A stretch of 64,000 nt of DNA from the human T2T-CHM13v2.0 reference genome, Homo sapiens: the NCBI RefSeq assembly GCF_009914755.1, contig NC_060926.1. The stretch is one strand, 5' to 3'. This document shows, piece by piece, positions 46,501 through 62,782 of the stretch. The first letter of the stretch is position 1. Each line of letters begins with the position of its first letter. Below the pieces are notes generated by a model. The model saw only the letters and a list, made by a program, of their open reading frames with translations. It was not told the DNA's origin and did no database searches. The position numbers and the translations under genes were made by a program.

Positions 46501-47749
46501 GCCCCAGCTGACATCTTGTGGAATGACACAAAGATCACAGTAGACAAAGGAAGCACATTTTCAATGTAAGCGAATTCTTCTATGAATCAATACAATGAGC
46601 TTGAACGAGAACTCCTTGCTCTCAGGGACTTCTGAAAATCCAGCTTCAGTCTTTGATCCCCTTGTTTCAAATTTCTCACTAAAACAACAAAAACAGACCA
46701 AAAAAAAAAAAAAAAAAAAAAAGATGAAGGCCATTACAGCACCATAAGAAGAGAGTGTGACATTTAATCTAATGGCCCAAAACTGGAGATTTTTTTTCTT
46801 TGTTTTTTTTTCTTCAGATTATTAGGCTGGAGGAGCTAAAGCATGAAGTGAAATTCTAGAATCACACATGCTCTGCAAACAGCAAGGTTGTCTGCCTGGA
46901 AGTAGCATGCTCTTGGGTCAGACAGGCAATGCATATTTTACACAGAAAACTATAAGCCTGTCCCATTTCAGGTCTGCTCTCAGGCAGGCGGAGTGAGAAT
47001 TTGTATTATCCTCTCTCCGTGCATCTCCATGATACAGTGCCTCAAATTCTTATACGAATTTTCTCACTTCTAGAGCACTATAGAACAGAAGCAGTGATAT
47101 CTGTACAAGCTTTAAACAAGAGAAAGAATCCAGAAGTGGAACATTCCATCAGGAATTAACAGTCTACAACAGTTAAAAGTGTAGACAGTACTGGAGACAA
47201 GAAGGTGCATAACAAGGTTTCTGGGTATTGTAGTTTTTCATGGGCTCCATTTTAATTGTGTCACAGAGAGAGTCAGTGAGGACAGGTCAGATCACATTTC
47301 AGTTGAAGGGAGTTCATGCATTTGATAAATGTGCTGTAGCCTGGACATTTGTCCAAGAGTTATAAGTGACAGTATGCCACCTGTCAGGCAGATGAAAATT
47401 ATCTACTTCCTGAGCAAAAATAATGAACCATAAAAACTTAACAGGATTCCAGAAGACTTGACTATGATGAAACCAGATACAAGTATATAAAAAGAAAATA
47501 AAGAGAAAGAGACGCTATGTTGTTGAGAATTAAAGAACAAAAACAAAAAACATGGATTAAATTCCAAATGAATGAAAAGACATTAAAATGACCAGGTAAA
47601 AATTATTGTCTGCTTTGTTTGAGGCAGTAAAAGACACAAATAACACTGCGGATGTTTTTAAAAAGGTGAATTAAAACAAACAAAAAAAATCTTTGAGAAT
47701 CTAGTTCAGAGCACAAGAGAACTAGAGAGACAGTGATTTGGGATCTTTA

Positions 47750-48186
47750 GTAATGTCTACTGACAAATCTCCAAAAACAACGAAAAACACACTTTGCCAA
47801 AGGAAAATTAAATGTATTGGACCTGCCATAATAAAGAGAACCTTACTTTGTCAGTCCTGGTAGTGTCTAGAAGGCAGGGGCAGATATTTTTAGTAGTTAG
47901 GGCCCAAAGTGTATTATTTTAAAGCTAATCTTGCCAGATGGGAAATTGGCTGGGACTGGACAGAGTTTTTGACCTAAGATCTTTGGATTGATGGCCACAG
48001 AAAATCAGGAATCTTGACGTGAGTCTCTATGAGTAAGCTGTCAGTCTTGAGCAAAAGCTATTTGAGCCAGTTCTCAGTTTTATCTTATGAAACACGTATT
48101 TCCTGGGGCAAGGTCTAAGCCACTCTTGCTTATTCTGAGTATTGTTTAACACAGGGACAAAACATGATCTTAGTTTCAGCTCTCAA
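47750..48186 (-). mobile_element. Possible old ERV solo LTR, family not identified
   Basis: LTR-like composition and terminal ...ctctca only; weak support. Confidence 0.3.
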
Positions 48187-49937
48187 TAGGTAATCTAGTT
48201 TTCATTTCTGACTAGATTTTTTTATTTTTCTAATTTAAAAATATGACCAGATTTTTTATATGTAGAGTTTTCGTCAATAATTTTGCAAGTATATAGCCCG
48301 GTTTTTGATAAGCATAATCAGATCAATCTTCAGTTTAGGAGGTCACTCCCATTGAGTCTCAGAGATGACTCTTGAACCATGAGCTTGGTCTTCTGTAGAA
48401 ATAGCTATTCTTAAATCAGGTCCATGGTCTCCATGTCCCATATCAATAATATTTTTCCTTTTCATTTAAAAAAATTTTCTAATACTCTATTTATAATATA
48501 ATATATTTAATATTTCTAATTACATATGCTTTGTATAAGAAATGAATGATACTTTCAAAAATTAAATATAGATATTTAAGTAGATGTCTACAAAAAATAA
48601 TTAGGGGATAAATGTTCCACAGTGTTTATTAAGTATATTTTTCTGCAAAATGGACCAAGTAGGTGGATTTTAAAAGTCTGCTTTTTTCATTTTTCACATT
48701 TCTTTAAGGAACAGAAATAATGTTTGCCATTGGTAGAAATCTCATTTTAATTTTACAGAAATACAATAAAACTAGCTTTTAGATCCTCTTTTCTTACCCT
48801 AAACTTTCACAAGGGTTTGATCAGTGTGTGAGGGATGGTGTTGTGGAATGGAGCAGAGCTGGTCAATGTGTTAGCAAACAGCCTCCCAAGCAGCAGGCAC
48901 CCTACCCTCCCACTGAACCAACTTTTCCATGTCAGCCCTGTATGCTGCATGATTTGTCTTTGGTAGAAATCCTGGGAAAATCAAGTGACTTTCCTTTACT
49001 TCATTTTGCAGGTGAGCCCAGAGGTTCAACTTTCATCACCTTTTTGGGAAGTAAGATTCTCCTACTTCTACTTTCAGGAGTGAGCTCAAAGTCCCAGCAG
49101 GCAAAAAGCCTGCAACATTGTGTGGGTTTTACAGCCAGGATCCATTATTATTTTTTTCTGAGTTAAGGGATCTAAACATAGAAAGGAAAGTTGGACATTT
49201 GTAATTTGCATTTACTGAAAATGATAAAAAGTCATGGATATTGAAGAGGAAGGAGGCCATTTCTATGGTTAGAAAGACTGACCCTGTGAGCTCTGCTTAG
49301 CCTTTGGAATATCTAGTGTCTAAAAGAATAGAGGCAATGCTAAGATGTTGTAACACGTCTGCAAATGAAATGGAAATGATTCTACTTTTCTCATATATTT
49401 TATAAATCTGTGAGTGTTAAGAGTAGGTAAGAAAAACAATGCTTACAGATAAAATATAGTTAAAAACATTTTCCTCTTTCTAAGCCTTGGTAGTCATATA
49501 GTTTGACCAAATGACAGAATAAAGATTGTCCCATGATTTGAAAACTGTCTTCAGTACAAATCTTATAAAAATATGATAAAATTATAACAAATATTTTAGA
49601 AGGTATAAAAATAAAAGATAATATCCTGCTTCTACTAAAATATGGACATACTCAATTATCTTAACACTTTACTTTAGAAATATGCTTTGACAGATGTGGA
49701 TCCATAGAACCTCAACATCTTTTTTTTTTTTTTTTATACTTTAGGTTTTAGGGTACATGTGCACATTGTGCAGGTTAGTTACATATGTATACATGTGCCA
49801 TGCTGGTGCGCTGCACCCACTAAATCGTCATCTAGCATTAGGTATATCTCCCAATGCTATCCCTCCCCCCTCCCCCCACCCCACCACAGTCCCCAGAGTG
49901 TGATATTCCCCTTCCTGTGTCCATGTGATCTCATTGT

Positions 49938-53777
<3,840 letters not shown>

Positions 53778-53825
53778 TTATTATGCTCGTTAGTTGATGC
53801 AGTTTCTTCCTAGTCTTGATGGTCT

Positions 53826-54842
53826 TTACATTTTGGCTTGATTTTGCAGCGGCTGGTACCGGTTGTTCCTTTCCATGTTTAGCACTTCCTTCAGGAGCTC
53901 TTTTAGGGCAGGCCTGGTGGTGACAAAATCTCTCAGCATTTGCTTGTCTGTAAAGGATTTTATTTCTCCTTCACTTATGAAGCTTAGTTTGGCTGGATAT
54001 GAAATTCTGGGTTGAAAATTCTTTTCTTTAAGAATGTTGAATATTGGCCCCCTCTCTCTTCTGGCTTGTAGGGTTTCTGCCGAGAGATCCGCTGTTAGTC
54101 TGATGGGCTTCCCTTTGAGGGTAACCCGACCTTTCTCTCTGGCTGCCCTTAACATTTTTTCCTTCATTTCAACTTTGGTGAATCTGACAATTATGTGTCT
54201 TGGAGTTGCTCTTCTCGAGGAGTATCTTTGTGGCGTTCTCTGTATTTCCTGAATCTGAACGTTGGCCTGCCTTGCTAGATTGGGGAAGTTCTCCTGGATA
54301 ATATCCTGCAGAGTGTTTTCCAACTTGGTTCCCTTCTCCCCATCACTTTCAGGTACACCAATCAGATGTAGATTTGGTCTTTTCACATAGTCCCATATTT
54401 CTTGGAGGCTTTGCTCATTTCTTTTTATTCTTTTTTCTCTAAACTTCCCTTCTCGCTTCATTTCATTCGTTTCATCTTCCATTGCTGATACCCTTTCTTC
54501 CAGTTGATCGCATCGGCTCCTGAGGCTTCTGCATTCTTCATGTAGTTCTCGAGCCTTGGGTTTCAGCTCCATCAGCTCCTTTAAGCACTTCTCTGTATTG
54601 GTTATTCTAGTTATACATTCTTCTAAATTTTTTTCAAAGTTTTCAACTTCTTTGCCTTTGGTTTGAATGTCCTCCCATAGCTCAGAGTAATTTGATCATC
54701 TGAAGCCTCCTTCTCTCAGCTCATCAAAGTCATTCTCCATCCAGCTTTGTTCCGTTGCTGGTGAGGAACTGCATTCCTTTGGAGGAGGAGAGGAGCTCTG
54801 CATTTTAGAGTTTCCAGATTTTCTGTTCTGTTTTTTCCCCAT
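53826..54842 (-). pseudogene. ORF1: L1 ORF1 (RNA-binding chaperone) with a premature stop at codon 49
   Basis: ATG at 54842; 1017-bp span in one frame; CGA-to-TGA at 54696-54698; the downstream 248-aa ORF matches ORF1p. Confidence 0.95.
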
Positions 54843-55747
54843 CTTTGTGGTTTTATCTACTTTTGGTCTTTGATGATGGTGATGTACAGATGGGTTTTCG
54901 GTGTGGATGTCCTTTCTGTTTGTTAGTTTTCCTTCTAACAGACAGGACCCTCAGCTGCAGGTCTGTTGGAATACCCTGCCTTGTGAGGTGTCAGTGTGCC
55001 CCTGCTGGGGGATGCCTCCCAGTTAGGCTGCTCGGGGGTCAGGGGTCAGGGACCCACTTGAGGAGGCAGTCTGCCGGTTCTCAGATCTCCAGCTGCGTGC
55101 TGGGAGAACCACTGCTCTCTTCAAAGCTGTCAGACAGGGACATTTAAGTCTGCAGAGGTTACTACTGTCTTTTTGTTTGTCTGTGCCCTGCCCCCAGAGG
55201 TGGAGCCTACAGAGGCAGGCAGGCCTCCTTGAGCTGTGGTGAGCTCCACCCAGTTCGAGCTTCCCAGCTGCTTTGTTTACCTAAGCAAGCCTGGGCAATG
55301 GCGGGCGCCCCTCCCCCAGCCTCGCTGCCGCCTTGCAGTTTGATCTCAGACTGCTGTGCTAGCAATCAGCGAGACTTCGTGGGCGTAGGACCCTCTGAGC
55401 CAGGTGCGGGATATAATCTTGTGGTGCGCCGTTTTTTAAGCCGGTCCGAAAAGCGCAATATTCGGGTGGGAGTGACCCGATTTTCCCGGTGCTGTCCGTC
55501 ACCCCTTTCTTTGACTCGGAAAGGGAACTCCCTGACCCCTTGCGCTTCCCAAGTGAGGCAATGCCTCGCCCTGCTTCGGCTGGCGCATGGTGCGCGAACC
55601 CGCTGACCTGCGCCCACTGTCTGGCACTCCCTAGTGAGATGAACCCGGTACGTCACATGGAAATGCAGAAATCACCCGTCTTCTGCGTCGCTCACGCTGG
55701 GAGCTGTAGACCGGAGCTATTCCTATTCGACCATCTTGGCTCCTCCC
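54843..55747 (-). promoter_or_regulatory. L1 5' UTR: internal sense promoter and antisense promoter, CpG-rich
   Basis: Complete 5' UTR of about 905 bp; the only CpG-island-like stretch in the window. Confidence 0.88.
55298..55606 (+). CDS. ORF0: L1 antisense ORF0, open frame of 102 aa
   Basis: gcaATGg Kozak context; MAGAPPPASLPPCSLISDCCASNQRD...RFSRC matches primate ORF0p; expression not shown. Confidence 0.7.
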   Translation: MAGAPPPASLPPCSLISDCCASNQRDFVGVGPSEPGAGYNLVVRRFLSRSEKRNIRVGVTRFSRCCPSPLSLTRKGNSLTPCASQVRQCLALLRLAHGARTR

Positions 55748-56529
55748 AGAATCTCAACATCTTAAATATCATTAACAAGATAGTCCTGAAAGCGATAAAG
55801 AGGATATATCGACTAAGTATTGTTGACTTTCAGAATCCTATCTCACTGTCTAGCATCTTATCATACATTAGACAAATGGTTCTACTTATTTTTATATTAC
55901 TATCATTTTAAAACCTAGACTCCTACCTTTATTTTTTAAATCACTGTTTACCTCAGTAACTTCGAGCATGTCTTTCAGCTTCTCTATCATGGATGTCAGT
56001 ACATAAAGTTAGAAAAAGAAAACTGTTATTTATGGGGCTGTGAAGGAATAATCATTGTAGTACTGCCTGGATAACTCTCCCTGTACCTTTCTGTCAATTT
56101 TAATTATTCTCAGTTTGCAAGGCTCAGCCTCAGATTTGACCTTCTTGAGATTGCCATCTGTACCTTTGAAGAGTTCAGTTCCCTTAGCTCAACGTACACC
56201 CAACTGCTTAACAATGGATTTTACGCCTCATGAGCACACACCACACTCTCAATAAGTAATCGACTACATTCTATTTTTTTGTTCAGTGTTCTATCACTGC
56301 TCAATAAATATTCAATTACTGCTCAATAAATATGCAGTCATTGTTCTTTAAATATTTTTGACCATACCTACTATGAGTCAGTCTCCTTTGGCAACTCAAG
56401 ATACAGCAAAAAAGCATCAATGGATGTGGCTTATAATAAGGTGGAGAAAACATATTAAGCAAGCAACACACAAGTAAGTTTCACTTGTGACAGTTGTGGT
56501 GAGTGATATGAAGGCACTATGATGTTTGT

Positions 56530-58060
56530 AATGCCTCATATTAATTGCCCTGTTGCTGGCTGTTAATTAGCACATATCCAACCCCAATTCCACTGAAAAT
56601 CTTATTTGATCACTTCTTCAGTTACTTCTTGGACACTTCATTGTTTGGATTTTCCTTCCACTTTGGTGATAGTCTGCTGTCAAATTTGTTTGTAGGACCA
56701 GATTCTTTTCCCTGACTTGATTTCATCTATTCTCATGTTCCCAAATGTGAGTCTCCAAACAGACTCCCCTCCTGAACTCTACACCTGCAGACCAGCCCTC
56801 CTTCTTAACATCTCCCTGTGTCAAACTCAACACACCCAAAATAACATCACTTTTTCTCCATACTTGCCTTTGAAATCCCAGTGGATTGCACTTCCATTCT
56901 TCCAATAGTTCCCAAATCTTAGAAATATTACTTTTTTCTCTTTTTCTCATATCTCACAATAATTTATCAGCTCTATCTCCAAAAAATATAAACAGAATTA
57001 TTTATGCAAGATGAGTGAGTTTTATAGATCTGTTGTACAGCATAGTTCCTATATCTAATAATACTGTATTGTGCACTTACATTTTTGTTAAAAGGATAGA
57101 TCTCATGTTAAGTATTCTTACCACATACACACAAAAGGGGCAAGAACAAAACCTTCGGAAGTAGGTGGATATGTCTATTACCTTGACTGTGGTGATACTT
57201 TCTAGATGTACGCATATGTCCAAACTCATTAAACTGTAAACATTAAATATGTGTAGTTCTGTGTGTAGCAATTATATCTTAATAAAGATATATGCATATA
57301 CAGAATCCCATTAATTTTTGCCACTGTGTCCCCTGCTCCAAGCCAGTGTTGCCTTTCCCATGACAATGTCCTGCTTCTACCACGTATCTCCTTGGAGACT
57401 ATTGTCACTTCAGAAGCCAGAGGCATGCTTTTAAATTTTGAATCAGATGATGGCTCTCCTCTACTCAGTCTTGAAGAGTAGCTCCCATTTCAACTCAGAG
57501 TAGTAAGAGGCAAAATCCTTACTGTGGCTACAAAGTTATACAGGATGCATGAAACTTCCTGAGACCTCACACTTCTCCTTTCTTGTTGCTCTTTCACTCT
57601 CTCCAGCCACATTGGCTGACTTGTTTTTTCTCTAACACACTAGGGTCTTTGCTCTAGCTACTTCCTAATTCTGGATGGCTCCAGGGATAACTACATGGCT
57701 CACTCTTTACTCCTTTAACCCCCCTTTTATTTCCAGACCTCACACTCTGCAAATGCGTTTGCAATGAACCTCTTTAACGTTGCAACCTGCCTCACTTCTG
57801 TCACCTCAGCAATTGAGCTTTCCTAACCCTGCTCACCTTTTTATTTTTTCCACATCACCCAAACCCTTCTATCACACGATATCATTATCTTACTTATTTT
57901 GTCTCTGCCTAAACTTCTGCTAGTCATATAAGCTCCAGGAGGGCATAAATCTTTTCCCAATGTATACACTGAGGTTTTCCAAGTGTCTCAAAGAATGTCT
58001 GGCACAGATTAGGTACTCAAGGAACCCTCAGTAAATAAATAAATAGATGAAAGAATGAAC
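56530..58060 (+). mobile_element. L2 relic interrupted by an L1M 3' end
   Basis: L2 motifs (ctcccctcctgaactctacacctg; taagctccaggagggca...gtctggcacagattaggtactcaa...aaataaataaat); boundaries approximate. Confidence 0.7.
57005..57290 (+). mobile_element. L1MA/L1MB 3' end fragment
   Basis: agatctgttgtacagcatag...aataatactgtattgt...tagatctcatgttaagt...aattatatcttaataaag. Confidence 0.8.
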
Positions 58061-58513
58061 ACATTTAGTGATTCTTTATTTCTAAAGCAAGAAAGAGATA
58101 TCATGATGCCAGTTAATTTCCTGAGATAGAATTCCTTACAATACATTGGATTCAGACATTAACTGCATTAAGTATAATACCAGAAAGAAAATAAAAAGTA
58201 CCAGAGGAGAAAAAGGAAATTAATGGAGGATAATACAGTAGAGCTTTACTTCTAAGAGTTGTGAGACAGAGCAGAGCAGTGTGCTTATCTTCCTAGGGCA
58301 TTCCTCATTATGCCCTAACTTCTTGCTTGGCACATAGCACATAGCTGGCACACCATCAATGTGTGCTGAACTAAACTGAAATTCTAAGAGACATAAGTTA
58401 ATCACTAAAAAACTATTGGCCATAGAGTTGATAGAACTCTTCTTCATGGTTCTTGAATGAATTTTTCCAAGAAATATTAGAAATCCTAATAGCCGATAAG
58501 AAAAGGAGGGATG

Positions 58514-58748
58514 AGGCATTTGAGACCAACCTGGAAAGGGTAGTAAGACCTCATCTCTACAAAAATAAAATGAAATAAATTAGCCGAGCATGGTGATGTG
58601 CAATTGTGGTCGCAGCTACTCATGGGACTGAGATGGGAGGTCCGCTTGAGCCTAGCAGGTTAAGGCTGCAGTGAACCATGATTATGCCACTGCACCTCAG
58701 CCTTTGCAAGAGAGCAAGACTCTGTCCCAAAAAAAGGAAAAAAAAAAA
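58514..58748 (+). mobile_element. 5'-truncated AluJ-type element
   Basis: Begins mid left arm; TSD aaaaggagggatg (58501-58513) / aaaaggatggatg (58749-58761). Confidence 0.88.
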
Positions 58749-59479
58749 AAAAGGATGGATGTCAATGGGGAAGAATACTTGCGGGAATCTTTGCATATAC
58801 TTTGCCATTTCTCAGAAATGCACAATTCACATTAACATGTTAGGATTTGGGGAGATATTTCTTTCTTGAAATAAGGAAACAAATTTAACAAAGTTCAGCT
58901 TAGAATTTCCAAATACTTCACAAACTATTGGTGCTACAGAGAACATGGCATTGGAAACACTGAAACAGTTGGCCCTGCATGTCCCTTTCCAATAGTAACA
59001 CCATTGGGAAGCAGAGCAAAAGATTTGCTGTAATTCCTTAGACCTGAATTTGAGATCCAGCTTTACTACCTCTTATAAAAGTTTCCTGGGAAAGTTCTTC
59101 CTACTTTGTGAAACTCCCCTTTATGCATTCCTAATATGAGACTGACAATTAACTTAAAGATTATATAGGTCAATGCACATGAAAGATCTAAAAGACACCC
59201 GTTTCATAACAGTATGTTAATAAGTGTATGCTGAATCTGAAGATCCCATTCTTAAATCTTAGATCTTTCATCTTTACCAGGAGCTCTTGCATCAAATAGT
59301 CAATTATGAGTAAGTACTGGAGCTAAGTGATTATATTTCTTATATTCTTAATTTACAAGTGGTGCCTGGGATGCATTTTTAAGGTCATGTAACTTTTTTC
59401 TTATTCAATTGCTTGTTTATCCTATAACCCCTGTTACATTACAGGTATTTTTAACATTGGTTTTTCTTTGGAGAGATAG

Positions 59480-59725
59480 TCTATACAGTGGGGACTAGCA
59501 CAGGTAGGGTGAGACCACACATTCAAATCCTGGTTCTTCTCTTTACTAAGTACTTGATTTCAGTCCAATTAATTAGCATTAGTCATCTCAGTCTCTTAAT
59601 GTAAAACCAGAATCACAGGGCTCATTCCAGGAGGTTACTGCAAGACTCAAATGCAGCACTGCATATAAAGCACATACCAGGGTACCCAGCACCTTATGAA
59701 GCACAAAATAACGGTACGTACTTTC
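59480..59725 (+). mobile_element. MIR relic
   Basis: ttcaaatcctggttct...ctcagtctcttaatgtaaaa...gcatataaagcac. Confidence 0.55.
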
Positions 59726-60049
59726 TTTTTTACTGATATTGATAGTCTTTCTCTTCTTCCTTCTTGTTTTTAATCTTCATTTTCTGTAGTCAAAATATAA
59801 CACATTAAAAAATACAATGAAAAATAATTATACCCAATTCCAATTGACATTGAAATTCCTAGCCCAAGACTAGCAGTGGCCACCAAGGGGCTTCCATAAG
59901 AGAAAGAATGGCATTCCAAGTGCAGTGTCCTTTAAACTACCAAGTCTGTGTCCTCAGGAAAAGAAAATCAACCTCAGGCTGAAGCCCTGGATCTGAAGGG
60001 AACTTTCTTTAAAGAGAAGCAGTAGCGTGACTTTTGCCCAATTCTACCC

Positions 60050-60420
60050 CTCCAGGTGTTATTTTAATGACAAACCACAGCAACATATTTCCAACCATTT
60101 CTTCCTCTGATTGACTTGTAATTGGAGTCATACCTAAGACCTCAATCATCTCATGGGAAGCTTTGGGGCTGGGAGAGCCCTTCAAATTTGTCCAAATTGA
60201 GAAAAGAGGGCTGAGTCTTATCCCAGCCTCGCTCCTACACATGGGCCAGTCTTAGGTAGGCCCCAGGAAGGAGGCATAACATTGGCCAAAGAGGTTCTCT
60301 TCTGCTGAGAGAGCAATGTCCAGAGAGAGGCTCAGCAGAAGGCTGGTAGCTGATAAGACACCCCTCAGCTGAGCCTCAGTCTGGAGGGGAATCTGGGCCA
60401 CACAATATGGCACCACCCCA
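60050..60420 (-). mobile_element. Old MLT1 LTR relic
   Basis: ggaagctttggggctgggagagcccttcaaa...ggcataacattggcc...gggaatctgggc; boundaries approximate. Confidence 0.5.
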
Positions 60421-60645
60421 GGGGACATTGTAACTGGGTTTATGTCATGTCTATGTACATGTTTGATGCAAAGTCAGAGAAAAGAAAAAAGGTAACTATA
60501 AGTTCAGAGTGACCCTTAGTCTGCAGTTAATGCTGAAGGATAATTATTAGTTTCAGTTTGGGACTGTTGCTTGACGAACAGAGACAAGCATTTGAAATGG
60601 TAAAAACAGAGAGAACAGTAACCATTGGACTGGTGGCAGGAGGCC

Positions 60646-60988
60646 TATTAGTCCATTCTCATGGTGCTGTGAAGAATACTTGAGTCTGGGTAATTAATAA
60701 AGGAAAGACGTTTAATTGACTCAAAGTTCTGCAGGGCTGGGGAGGCCTCAGGAAACTTACAATTATGGTGGAAGGGGAAGCAAACATTTCCTTCTTCACA
60801 TGGAAGCAGTAAGGAGAAGTGCAAACTGTCAGATCTCATGAGAACTCACTCACTATCACGAGAGCAACATGTAGGTAACCACCCCCATGATTCAATTACC
60901 TCCCACTGGGTCCCTCCCATGACACATGGGATTATGGGAAATACAATTCAAGATGAGATTTGGGTGGGGACACAGCCAAACCATATCA
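60646..60988 (-). mobile_element. THE1C-like MaLR solo LTR with a small internal deletion
   Basis: tattagtccattctca...gaggcctcaggaaacttacaat...gagatttgggtggggacacagccaaaccatatca. Confidence 0.9.
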
Positions 60989-61659
60989 CCTGGTTTTTGC
61001 TCCTATTGGGCTACCTCCAGTGTGACACCATGTAAGTTACTAGCCCCTCTGGCTTCCATTTCACATCTGAATGCAGTCTGTTGGCATAAATTAATCTTTG
61101 AGGGCCTTGAGGTTTAAAGTGTACTCCATCTGAACCTTAGAAAGGACCTGGCTCCCTGACGTGAAGGAAAATTACAAAATTCACAAAACCTTCTAAAATG
61201 CTAACTCTTTTATTATGGCTGCTTAATGACCTTTGTTCAAGGTACAATTACTTATAGAAAGAAATCAGTTCTTGGAAGAGGACTAGCAGGTAATTTCTGA
61301 ATGTACTTGCTGTTCAGTACTATGCTGTGAATCTGAACAGATATTTACTTCCCATCAAATATGTTGCACATGTGTGATGTGGAGCACAGAGAGTGTCACG
61401 CTGGACATCGCATGCCTTTCAAATGTGTCTATAATTCAGTTATATGGAACTATAGGTGATTTTTTTCCCATATAAGTAAGGTTGCAAATGCTGGTTAGAT
61501 TCCCACACTAGCCCATGCGTTAGCCTCGTAAGCTTAGGTTGAAACAAACAATTGCAATAATAAATAGCAAGTTTGATTAGTGCAATCCTGATATTATGTA
61601 ATAAAATATAGTATAAGAAAAACACAGGAGAAAATGGTTTTAGAAATTAGTTTGTAAAG

Positions 61660-62410
61660 CTTGATTCTGTAAGGAGATACACAAAAATGAAACTATGCTG
61701 AAATGCCATTTCCATTCATCTGATTGACATACAGATCAAAACTTCTGTAATACGCAGCGTTTTTGAGGCTATGAGGAGAGTCAGATATTCAGATGTGCTG
61801 CTCGGAATAAAAATCAGTACAACTGCTACAGAAGCCATTTTGGCAATATCTACCAAAATTACAAATATGACCCAGGAAGTTCATTTACAGAAATCTATCT
61901 TAGAAATATACTTCACATGGACAAACTCATGAAATACATTAGTTTAGAAGTTAGTCTATAATAATAAAATAATTGGGAAAAAACCAAATACCTATCAGTA
62001 GAAGGGTGGAATATCATTGAACAAGGACATAAGAAAGAATGAGGAGGCACCTATATACTGGTATGGAAAACTATTCAAAATTCATTAATCCATGAAAAAA
62101 CAAGATGTAAAACAGATCTGAACTGGTGAACACAGAGAGTGGTAAACTTTGTGCTGGGGGTGGGAGGCCTGGTTTGCATTCCTACTGCATATACTCTGTT
62201 ATTATTTGTAGAAAATAAGAACAAAAAATATTTATTTATATAGGCATAAGATATCTCTGAAAAGACACAGAAGACACTGGACTTAGGCAGCTCTGACGAG
62301 AGAAGCTAAGTGGCTGGGAACTCAAGGTTGGAAGAGAAATCTACTGAATACCCATTTTATCTTTTACAATGTTTAGCCATATAAAATTGTGGCTTGTTTA
62401 AAACAAATAA
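61660..62410 (+). mobile_element. Old L1ME 3' fragments
   Basis: Degenerate motifs tttggcaatatctaccaaaatt, tgacccagga, aaaccaaatacctatcagtag; boundaries approximate. Confidence 0.5.
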
Positions 62411-62782
62411 TTTTTTAAAAAATAGTTGGATAGCTGAGAGTATCAAGACAAGCCAATTTAATTAGAAAAGGGGAAGAGAGAGACAAGAGAAATGGGGTTG
62501 TGGAAAGCTTGGTGGACCCCTGGCTGTCTTACAGCTCTGGGTAGTGTTACCAGAGATGATTCTTGGGGCAAGGGAACAAGAGAGCTATCTCTACCCATCC
62601 AATTGTTTCAGGAGAGCCAGGGGCTTATAATTGCAGAGTCTTTGAATGCCTTTGTATATTTTCATAGAAAGAAACCTTGGAGGCCACTGAGCCTAATGGA
62701 AAGAGAACTTGGGTAGCAACCAGGAGACTATAGATCTAATTACAAACAGTCAATTATGTGGTTTTAGCTGAATCATCTAATC

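Noticed and set aside
46765-46820. Strong plus-strand acceptor-like tract ending ttcttcAG at 46817
   Set aside because: No good downstream donor or reading frame; T-rich tracts are common in this window.
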